Origin: Eledone cirrhosa | Taxonomy: Eukaryota | Assembly: GCA_964016885.1 (NCBI GenBank) | Contig: OZ024742.1 | Location: 24,552,001-24,616,000, forward strand | Direction: 5' to 3' | DNA: 64,000 nt | Part shown: positions 53,901 to 64,000 of the stretch, piece by piece | Position numbering within the stretch: the first letter of the stretch is position 1 | Layout of the letters: every line of letters starts with the position of its first letter | Notes under the pieces: model-generated | What the model saw: only the letters and a program-made list of their open reading frames with translations | What the model was told of the DNA's origin: nothing | The model's database searches: none | Made by a program: the position numbers and the translations under genes

Positions 53901-56900
53901 AGGCTGAAGGTATGAGATAACTGCTGTGGATTGTGGCCTGCTGCTGTAAGGCTGAAGGTATGAGATCACTGCTGTGGATTGTGGCCTGTTGCTGTGAGGC
54001 TGAATCTATGAGATGACTGCTGTGGATTGTGGCCTGTTGCTGTAAGGCTGAAGGTAGGAGATGACTGCTGTGGATTGTGTCCTGTTGCTGTTAGACTGAA
54101 ACTATGAGATGACTGCTGTGGATTGTGGCCTGTTGCTGTAAGACTGAAGCTATGAGATGACTGCTGTGGATTGTTGCCTGTTGCTGTAAGGCGGAAGCTA
54201 TGAGATGAATGCTGTGGATTGTGGCCTGTTGCTGTGTGGCTGAAGGTATGAGCTAACTGCTGTGGATTGTGGCCTGTTGCTGTAAGCCTGAAGATATGAG
54301 ATGATGGCTCTGGATTGTGGCCTGTTGCTGTAACGCTGAAGGTATGAGATGACTCTGTGGATTGTGGCCTGTTGCTGTGTGGCTGAAGGTATGAGATGAC
54401 TGCTGTGGATTGTGGCATGTTGCTGTGTGGCTAAAGGTATGAGATGACTGCTGTGGATTGTGGCCTGTTGCTGTAAGGCTGAAGGTATGAGATGACTGCT
54501 GTGGATTGTGGATTGTTGTGAGGCTGAAGGTACGAGATGACTGCAGTGGATTGTGGCTTGTTGCTGTGAGGTTGAAGGTATGAGATGACTGAGATGACTG
54601 CTGTGGACTGTGGCCTGTTGCTGTAAGGCTGAAGGTAGGAGATGACTGCTGTGGATTGTGGCCTGTTGCTGTAAGACTGAAGCTATGAGATGATTGTTGT
54701 GGATTGTGGCCTGTTGCTGTAAGACTGAAGCTATGAGATGACTGCTGTGGATTGTTGCCTGTTGCTGTAAGGCGGAAGCTATGAGATGAATGCTGTGGAT
54801 TGTGGCCTGTTGCTGTAAGGCTGAAGGTAGGAGATGACTGCTGTGGATTGTGTCCTGTTGCTGTGTGGCTGAAGGTATGAGCTAACTGCTGTGGATTGTG
54901 GCCTGTTGCTGTAAGCCTGAAGATATGAGATGATGGCTCTGGATTGTGGCCTGTTGCTGTAACGCTGAAGGTATGAGATGACTCTGTGGATTGTGGCCTG
55001 TTGCTGTGTGGCTGAAGGTATGAGATGACTGCTGTGGATTGTGGCATGTTGCTGTGTGGCTAAAGGTATGAGATGACTGCTGTGGATTGTGGCCTGTTGC
55101 TGTAAGGCTGAAGGTATGAGATGACTGCTGTGGATTGTGGATTGTTGTGAGGCTGAAGGTACGAGATGACTGCAGTGGATTGTGGCTTGTTGCTGTGAGG
55201 TTGAAGGTATGAGATGACTGCTGTGGATTGTGGCCTGTTGCTGTAAGGCTGAAGGTATGAGATGACTGCTGTGGACTGTGGCCTGTTGCTGTAAGGCTGA
55301 AGGTAGGAGATGACTGCTGTGGATTGTGGCCTGTTGCTGTAAGACTGAAGCTATGAGATGACTGTTGTGGATTGTGGCCTGTTGCTGTAAGACTGAAGCT
55401 ATGAGATGACTGCTGTGGATTGTTGCCTGTTGCTGTAAGGCGGAAGCTATGAGATGAATGCTGTGGATTGTGGCCTGTTGCTGTGTGGCTGAAGGTATGA
55501 GCTAACTGCTGTGGATTGTGGCCTGTTGCTGTAAGCCTGAAGATATGAGATGACGGCTCTGGATTGTGGCCTGTTGTTGTAAGGCTGAAGGTATGAGATG
55601 ACTCTGTGGATTGTGCCCTGTTGCTGTGTGGCTGAAGTTATGAGATGACTGCTGTGGATTGTGGCCTGTTGCTGTAAGCCTGAAGATATGAGATGACTCT
55701 GTGGATTGTGGCCTGTTGCTGTGTGGCTGAATGTATGAGATGACTGCTGTGGATTGTGGCATGTTGCTGTGTGGCTGAAGGTATGAGATGACTGCTGTGG
55801 ATTGTGGCCTGCTGCTGTAAGACTGAAGGTATGAGATGACTGCTGTGGATTGTGGCCTGCTGCTGTAAGGCTGAAGGTATGAGATGACTGCTGTGGATTG
55901 TGGCTTGTTGTTGTGAGGCTGAAGGTATGAGATGACTGCTGTGGATTGTGGCTTGTTGTCGTGAGGCTGAAGGTATGATATGACTGCTGTGGATTGTGGC
56001 CTGTTGCTGTAAGGCTGAAGGTATGAGATGACTGCTGTGGATTGTGGCCTGCTGCTGTAAGGCTGAAGGTATCAGATGACTGCTGTGGATTGTGGCCTGC
56101 TGCTGTAAGGCTGAAGGTATGAGATGACTGCTGTGGATTGTGGCTTGTTGTTGTGAGGCTGAATGTATGAGATGACTGCTGTGGATTGTGGCCTGCTGCT
56201 GTAAGGCTGAAGGTATGAGATGACTGCTGTGGATTGTGGCCTGTTGCTGTAAGGCTGAATGTATAAGATGACCGCTGTGGATTGTGGCTTGTTGTTGTGA
56301 GGCTGAAGGTATGAGATGACTGCTGTGGATTGTGACCTGTTGCTGAGTGACTGAAGGTATGAGATGACTGCTGTGGATTGTGGCCTGTTGCTGAGTGAGT
56401 GAAGGTATGAGATGACTGCTGTGGATTGTGGCCTGTTGCTGAGTGAGTGAAGGTATGAGATGACTGCTGTGGATTGTGGCCTGTTGCTGTATGACTGAAG
56501 CTATGAGATGACTGCTCTGGAGTGTGGCCTGTTGCTGTAAGACTGAAGGTATGAGATGACTGCTGTGGATTGTGGCCTGTTGCTGTGTGGCTGAAGGTAT
56601 GAGATGACTCTGTGGATTGTTGCCTGTTGCTGTGTGGCTGAAGGTATGAGATTACTGCTGTGGATTGTGGCATGTTGCTGTGTGGCTGAAGGTATGAGAT
56701 TACTGCTGTGGATTGTGGCCTGTTGCTGAGTGAGTGAAGGTATGAGATGACTGCTGTGGATTGTGGCCTGTTGCTGAGTGAGTGAAGGTATGAGATGACT
56801 GCTCTGGAGTGTGGCCTGTTGCTGTAAGACTGAAGGTATGAGATGACTGCTGTGGATTGTGGCCTGTTGCTGTGTGTCTGAAGGTATGAGATGACTGCTG

Positions 56901-59900
56901 TGGATTGTGGCCTGTTGCTGTAAGCCTGAAGATATGAGATGACTCTGTGGATTGTGGCCTGTTGCTGTGTGGCTGAATGTATGAGATGACTGCTGTGGAT
57001 TGTGGCATGTTGCTGTGTGGCTGAAGGTATGAGATGACTGCTGTGGATTGTGGCCTGCTGCTGTAAGACTGAAGGTATGAGATGACTGCTGTGGATTGTG
57101 GCCTGCTGCTGTAAGGCTGAAGATATGAGATGACTGCTGTGGATTGTGGCTTGTTGTTGTGAGGCTGAAGGTATGAGATGACTGCTGTGGATTGTGGCTT
57201 GTTGTCGTGAGGCTGAAGGTATGATATGACTACTGTGGATTGTGGCCTGTTGCTGTAAGGCTGAAGGTATGAGATGACTGCTGTGGATTGTGGCCTGCTG
57301 CTGTAAGGCTGAAGGTATGAGATGACTGCTGTGGATTGTGGCCTGCTGCTGTAAGGCTGAAGGTATGAGATGACTGCTGTGGATTGTGGCTTGTTGTTGT
57401 GAGGCTGAATGTATGAGATGACTGCTGTGGATTGTGGCCTGCTGCTGTAAGGCTGAAGGTATGAGATGACTGCTGTGGATTGTGGCCTGTTGCTGTAAGG
57501 CTGAATGTATAAGATGACCGCTGTGGATTGTGGCTTGTTGTTGTGAGGCTGAAGGTATGAGATGACTGGTGTGGATTGTGGCATGTTGCTATGTGGCTGA
57601 AGGTATGAGATGACTGCTGTGGATTGTGGCCTGTTGCTGAGTGACTGAAGGTATGAGATGACTGCTGTGGATTGTGGCCTGTTGCTGAGTGAGTGAAGGT
57701 ATGAGATGACTGCTGTGGATTGTGGCCTGTTGCTGAGTGAGTGAAGGTATGAGATGACTGCTGTGGATTGTGGCCTGTTGCTGTATGACTGAAGCTATGA
57801 GATGACTGCTCTGGAGTGTGGCCTGTTGCTGTAAGACTGAAGGTATGAGATGACTGCTGTGGATTGTGGCCTGTTGCTGTGTGGCTGAAGGTATGAGATG
57901 ACTCTGTGGATTGTTGCCTGTTGCTGTGTGGCTGAAGGTATGAGATTACTGCTGTGAATTGTGGCATGTTGCTGTGTGGCTGAAGGTATGAGATTACTGC
58001 TGTGGCTTGTGGCCTGTTGCTGAGTGAGTGAAGGTATGAGATGACTGCTGTGGATTGTGGCCTGTTGCTGAGTGAGTGAAGGTATGAGATGACTGCTCTG
58101 GAGTGTGGCCTGTTGCTGTAAGACTGAAGGTATGAGATGACTGCTGTGGATTGTGGCCTGTTGCTGTGTGGCTGAATGTATGAGATGACTGCTGTTGATT
58201 GTGGCCTGTTGCTGTAAGCCTGAAGATATGAGATGACTCTGTGGATTGTGGCCTGTTGCTGTGTGGCTGAAGGTATGAGATGACTGCTGTGGATTGTGGC
58301 CTGCTGCTGTAAGACTGAAGGTATGAGATGACTGCTGTGGATTGTGGCCTGCTGCTGTAAGGCTGAAGGTATGAGATGACTGCTGTGGATTGTGGCTTGT
58401 TGTTGTGAGGCTGAAGGTATGAGATGACTGCTGTGGATTGTGGCTTGTTGTCGTGAGGCTGAAGGTATGATATGACTGCTGTGGATTGTGGCCTGTTGCT
58501 GTAAGGCTGAAGGTATGAGATGACTGCTGTGGATTGTGGCCTGCTGCTGTAAGGCTGAAGGTATGAGATGACTGCTGTGGATTGTGGCCTGCTGCTGTAA
58601 GGCTGAAGGTATGAGATGACTGCTGTGGATTGTGGCTTGTTGTTGTGAGGCTGAATGTATGAGATGACTGCTGTGGATTGTGGCCTGCTGCTGTAAGGCT
58701 GAAGGTATGAGATGACTGCTGTGGATTGTGGCCTGTTGCTGTAAGGCTGAAGGTATAAGATGACCACTGTGGATTGTGGCTTGTTGTTGTGAGGCTGAAG
58801 GTATGAGATGACTGGTGTGGATTGTGGCCTGTTGCTGTAAGACTGAAGGTATGAGATGACTCTGTGGATTGTTGCCTGTTGCTGTGTGGCTGAAGGTATG
58901 AGATTACTGCTGTGAATTGTGGCATGTTGCTGTGTGGCTGAAGGTATGAGATTACTGCTGTGGATTGTGGCCTGTTGCTGAGTGAGTGAAGGTATGAGAT
59001 GACTGCTGTGGATTGTGGCCTGTTGCTGAGTGAGTGAAGGTATGAGATGACTGCTCTGGAGTGTGGCCTGTTGCTGTAAGACTGAAGGTATGAGATGACT
59101 GCTGTGGATTGTGGCCTGTTGCTGTGTGTCTGAAGGTATGAGATGACTGCTGTGGATTGTGGCCTGTTGCTGTAAGCCTGAAGATATGAGATGACTCTGT
59201 GGATTGTGGCCTGTTGCTGTGTGGCTGAATGTATGAGATGACTGCTGTGGATTGTGGCTTGTTGTTGTGAGGCTGAAGGTATGAGATGACTGCTGTGGAT
59301 TGTGGCTTGTTGTCGTGAGGCTGAAGGTATGATATGACTGCTGTGGATTGTGGCCTGTTGCTGTAAGGCTGAAGGTATGAGATGACTGCTGTGGATTGTG
59401 GCCTGCTGCTGTAAGGCTGAAGGTATGAGATGACTGCTGTGGATTGTGGCCTGCTGCTGTAAGGCTGAAGGTATGAGATGACTGCTGTGGATTGTGGCTT
59501 GTTGTTGTGTGGCTGAAGGTATGAGATGACTGCTGTGGATTGTGGCCTGTTGCTGTGTGGCTGAAGGTATGAAGTGACTACTGTGGATTGTGGCCTGTTG
59601 TTGTGAGGCTGAAGGTATGAGATGACTGCTGTGGATTGTGGCTTGTTGTTGTGTGGCTGAAGGTATGAGATGACTGCTGTGGATTGTGGCCTGTTGCTGT
59701 GTGGCTGAAGGTATGAAGTGACTACTGTTGATTGTGGCCTGTTGTTGTGAGGCTGAAGGTATGAGATGACTGCTGTTGTTTGTGGCTTGTTGTTGTGAGG
59801 CTGAAGGTATGAGATGACTGCTGTGGATTGTGGCCTGTTGCTGTAAGGCTGAAGGTATGTGATGACTGTTGTGGATTGTGGCCTGCTGCTGTAAGCTGAA

Positions 59901-62900
59901 GGTATGAGATGACTGCTGTGGATTGAGGCTTGTTGTTGTGAGGCTGAAGGTATGAGATGACTGCTGTGGATTGTGGCTTGTTGTTGTGAGGCTGGAGGTA
60001 TGAGATGACTGCTGTGGATTGTGGCTTGTTGTCGTGAGGCTGAAGGTATGAGATGACTGCTGTGGATTGTGGCCTGTTGCTGTAAGGCTGAAGGTATGAG
60101 ATGACTGCTGTGGATTGTGGCCTGCTGCTGTAAGGCTGAAGGTATGAGATGACTGCTGTGGATTGTGGCTTGTTGTTGTGAGGCTGAATGTATGAGATGA
60201 CTGCTGTGGATTGTGGCCTGCTGCTGTAAGGCTGAAGGTATGAGATGACTGCTGTGGATTGTGGCCTGTTGCTGTAAGGCTGAAGGTATGAGATGACTGC
60301 TGTGGATTGTGGCCTGCTGCTGTAAGGCTGAAGGTATGAGATGACTGCTGTGGATTGTGGCCTGCTGCTGTAAGGCTGAAGGTATGAGATGACTGCTGTG
60401 GATTGTGGCTTGTTGTTGTGAGGCTGAATGTATGAGATGACTGCTGTGGATTGTGGCCTGCTGCTGTAAGGCTGAAGGTATGAGATGACTGCTGTGGATT
60501 GTGGCCTGCTGCTGTAAGGCTGAAGGTATGAGATGACCGCTGTGGATTGTGGCTTGTTATTGTGAGGCTGAAGGTATGAGATGAATGCTGTGGATTGTGG
60601 CTTGTTGTTGTGAGGCTGAAGGTACGAGATGACTGCTGTGGATTGTGGCCTGTTGCTGTAAGACTGAAGGTATGAGATGACTGCTGTGGATTGTGGCATG
60701 TTGCTGTGTGGCTGAATGTATGAGATGGCTGCTGTGGATCATGGCCTGTTGCTGAGTGACTGAAGGTATGAGATGACTGCTGTGGATTGTGGCCTGGTGC
60801 TGAGTGGCTGAAGGTATGAGATTACTGCTGTGGATTGTAGCCTGTTGCTGAGTGACTGAAGGTATGAGATGACTGCCGTGGATTGTGGCCGGTTGCTGTA
60901 GACTGAAGCTATGAGATGACCGCTCTGGAGTGTGGCCTGTTGCTGTAAGACTGAAGGTATGAGATGACTGCTGTGGATTGTGGCCTGTTGCTGTGTGGCT
61001 GAAGGTATGAGATCATTGCTGTGGATTGTGGCCTGTTGCTGTAAGGGTGAAGGTATGATATGACTACTGTGGATTGTGGCCTGTTGCTGTGTGGCTGAAG
61101 GCATGAGACAACTGCTGTGGATTGTGGCCTGTTGCTGTGTGGCTGAAGGTATGAGATGACTGCTGTGGATTGTGGCCAGTTGCTGTGTGGCTGAAGGTAT
61201 GAGATGACTGCCGTGGATTGTGGCCTGTTGCTGTGTTGCTGAAGGTATGAGATGACTGCTGTGGATTGTGGCCTGTTGCTGTGTGGCTGAAAGTATGAAC
61301 TGACTGCTGTGGATTGAGGCTTTTTGTTGTGAGGCTGAAGGTATGAGATGACTGCTGTGGATTGTGGCTTGTTGTTGTGAGGCTGAAGGTATGAGATGAC
61401 TGCTGTGGATTGTGGCTTGTTGTCGTGAGGCTGAAGGTATGAGATGACTGCTGTGGATTGTGGCCTGTTGCTGTAAGGCTGAAGGTATGAGATGACTGCT
61501 GTGGATTGTGGCTTGTTGTTGTGAGGCTGAAGGTATGAGATGACTGCTGTGGATTGTGGCTTGTTGTCGTGAGGCTGAAGGTATGAGATGACTGCTGTGG
61601 ATTGTGGGCTGCTGCTGTAAGGCTGAAGGTATGAGATGACTGCTGTGGATTGTGGCTTGTTGTTGTGAGGCTGAATGTATGAGATGACTGCTGTGGATTG
61701 TGGCCTGCTGCTGTAAGGCTGAAGGTATGAGATGACTGCTGTGGATTGTGGCATGGTGCTGTAAGGCTGAAGGTATGAGATGACTGCTGTGGATTGTGGC
61801 CTGTTGCTGTAAGGCTGAAGGTATGAGATAACTGCTGTGGATTGTGGCCTGCTGCTGTAAGGCTGAAGGTATGAGATCACTGCTGTGGATTGTGGCCTGT
61901 TGCTGTGAGGCTGAATCTATGAGATGACTGCTGTGGATTGTGGCCTGTTGCTGTAAGGCTGAAGGTAGGAGATGACTGCTGTGGATTGTGTCCTGTTGCT
62001 GTTAGACTGAAACTATGAGATGACTGCTGTGGATTGTGGCCTGTTGCTGTAAGACTGAAGCTATGAGATGACTGCTGTGGATTGTTGCCTGTTGCTGTAA
62101 GGCGGAAGCTATGAGATGAATGCTGTGGATTGTGGCCTGTTGCTGTGTGGCTGAAGGTATGAGCTAACTGCTGTGGATTGTGGCCTGTTGCTGTAAGCCT
62201 GAAGATATGAGATGATGGCTCTGGATTGTGGCCTGTTGCTGTAACGCTGAAGGTATGAGATGACTCTGTGGATTGTGGCCTGTTGCTGTGTGGCTGAAGG
62301 TATGAGATGACTGCTGTGGATTGTGGCATGTTGCTGTGTGGCTAAAGGTATGAGATGACTGCTGTGGATTGTGGCCTGTTGCTGTAAGGCTGAAGGTATG
62401 AGATGACTGCTGTGGATTGTGGATTGTTGTGAGGCTGAAGGTACGAGATGACTGCAGTGGATTGTGGCTTGTTGCTGTGAGGTTGAAGGTATGAGATGAC
62501 TGAGATGACTGCTGTGGACTGTGGCCTGTTGCTGTAAGGCTGAAGGTAGGAGATGACTGCTGTGGATTGTGGCCTGTTGCTGTAAGACTGAAGCTATGAG
62601 ATGACTGTTGTGGATTGTGGCCTGTTGCTGTAAGACTGAAGCTATGAGATGACTGCTGTGGATTGTTGCCTGTTGCTGTAAGGCGGAAGCTATGAGATGA
62701 ATGCTGTGGATTGTGGCCTGTTGCTGTAAGGCTGAAGGTAGGAGATGACTGCTGTGGATTGTGTCCTGTTGCTGTGTGGCTGAAGGTATGAGCTAACTGC
62801 TGTGGATTGTGGCCTGTTGCTGTAAGCCTGAAGATATGAGATGATGGCTCTGGATTGTGGCCTGTTGCTGTAACGCTGAAGGTATGAGATGACTCTGTGG

Positions 62901-64000
62901 ATTGTGGCCTGTTGCTGTGTGGCTGAAGGTATGAGATGACTGCTGTGGATTGTGGCATGTTGCTGTGTGGCTAAAGGTATGAGATGACTGCTGTGGATTG
63001 TGGCCTGTTGCTGTAAGGCTGAAGGTATGAGATGACTGCTGTGGATTGTGGATTGTTGTGAGGCTGAAGGTACGAGATGACTGCAGTGGATTGTGGCTTG
63101 TTGCTGTGAGGTTGAAGGTATGAGATGACTGCTGTGGATTGTGGCCTGTTGCTGTAAGGCTGAAGGTATGAGATGACTGCTGTGGACTGTGGCCTGTTGC
63201 TGTAAGGCTGAAGGTAGGAGATGACTGCTGTGGATTGTGGCCTGTTGCTGTAAGACTGAAGCTATGAGATGACTGTTGTGGATTGTGGCCTGTTGCTGTA
63301 AGACTGAAGCTATGAGATGACTGCTGTGGATTGTTGCCTGTTGCTGTAAGGCGGAAGCTATGAGATGAATGCTGTGGATTGTGGCCTGTTGCTGTGTGGC
63401 TGAAGGTATGAGCTAACTGCTGTGGATTGTGGCCTGTTGCTGTAAGCCTGAAGATATGAGATGACGGCTCTGGATTGTGGCCTGTTGTTGTAAGGCTGAA
63501 GGTATGAGATGACTCTGTGGATTGTGCCCTGTTGCTGTGTGGCTGAAGTTATGAGATGACTGCTGTGGATTGTGGCCTGTTGCTGTAAGCCTGAAGATAT
63601 GAGATGACTCTGTGGATTGTGGCCTGTTGCTGTGTGGCTGAATGTATGAGATGACTGCTGTGGATTGTGGCATGTTGCTGTGTGGCTGAAGGTATGAGAT
63701 GACTGCTGTGGATTGTGGCCTGCTGCTGTAAGACTGAAGGTATGAGATGACTGCTGTGGATTGTGGCCTGCTGCTGTAAGGCTGAAGGTATGAGATGACT
63801 GCTGTGGATTGTGGCTTGTTGTTGTGAGGCTGAAGGTATGAGATGACTGCTGTGGATTGTGGCTTGTTGTCGTGAGGCTGAAGGTATGATATGACTGCTG
63901 TGGATTGTGGCCTGTTGCTGTAAGGCTGAAGGTATGAGATGACTGCTGTGGATTGTGGCCTGCTGCTGTAAGGCTGAAGGTATCAGATGACTGCTGTGGA
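50905..64000. repeat. Tandem duplication of a 7911-bp higher-order unit (50905-58815, with the second copy 58816-64000 truncated by the window edge)
   Basis: Seven ORF pairs at +7911 (51811/59722, 52646/60557, 52828/60739, 52998/60909, 53966/61877, 54253/62164, 55502/63413). Private markers CTGGAGG at 52081/59992 and TATCAG (C at 56073/63984). Confidence 0.93.

Larger units (their letters stand above)
1..64000. repeat. 48-bp monomer tandem array (satellite / very large minisatellite), about 1,330-1,345 head-to-tail copies, extending beyond both window edges
   Basis: The core GAAGGTATGAGATGACTGCTGTGGATTGTGG recurs about every 48 bp from base 1 to 64000 with no intervening unique DNA and no inversion. 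The ORF track shows a 16-aa period in three minus frames (YSNRPQSTAVISYLQP, LTATGHNPQQSSHTFS, LQQQATIHSSHLIPSA). Confidence 0.99.

Noticed and set aside
4134-63673. Long minus-strand ORFs (up to 632 aa) as protein-coding genes, e.g. mucin-like or adhesive repeat proteins
   Set aside because: They overlap in three frames and switch frame at indels. They start and stop at sporadic variants, and stop-creating variants hit all three frames (GAAGCTATG/GGCTAAAG, GATCACT/GATTACT, CCTACTG/GAGCTAA/GGCTCAAG). There is no signal peptide, unique domain or non-repeat exon.
1-64000. CRISPR array (constant ~31-bp repeat plus variable segment)
   Set aside because: The variable segments are only about 14-17 bp and are all homologous point variants of each other, not unique spacers. 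The repeat is not palindromic, and there is no leader or cas gene.
1-64000. C2H2 zinc-finger or PRDM9-like coding minisatellite
   Set aside because: The unit is 48 bp rather than 84 bp, and no frame has the Cys/His spacing or TGEKP linker.
1-64000. Telomeric repeat or G-quadruplex array
   Set aside because: It is G/T-rich but has no TTAGGG-type short unit. The consensus has only GG doublets and no GGG tracts.
1-64000. Embedded transposon, tRNA/5S/snRNA gene, or inversion
   Set aside because: On reading the window I found no non-monomer sequence and no CA-rich (inverted) segment on the + strand.
1-64000. Assignment to a named satellite family, centromere or organism
   Set aside because: I do not recognise the monomer. 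This would need BLASTN or Dfam/Repbase searches and chromatin data that I cannot run.

Overview
The whole 64-kb window is one uninterrupted head-to-tail tandem array of a 48-bp monomer, about 1,330-1,345 copies in a single orientation and open at both edges. The + strand consensus is GCTGAAGGTATGAGATGACTGCTGTGGATTGTGGCCTGTTGCTGTAAG (50% GC, 69% G+T, 11 TG, no CA or CG dinucleotides). I found no unique sequence, gene, RNA gene, transposon or CRISPR locus. The long minus-strand ORFs arise because 48 is a multiple of 3 and the consensus has no stop in any minus frame. Variant monomers place stops in all three frames and frameshift between them, so I do not call these ORFs genes. The real structure is a variant-repeat code. 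It includes nested tandem and dispersed block duplications (336, 629, 756, 1294, 1863, 2791, 3593, 4528/4624, 6541, 7911, 10752 and about 13.5 kb offsets), two sub-domains with different diagnostic variants meeting near 37-37.6 kb, a diverged island at 16.2-17.8 kb, and fixed-order multi-monomer cassettes shared across the array. This is most consistent with a eukaryotic satellite or very large minisatellite. Organism and function cannot be determined from the sequence. The functional ideas listed under findings are speculative, and all offsets were measured by eye from marker variants and the ORF track.
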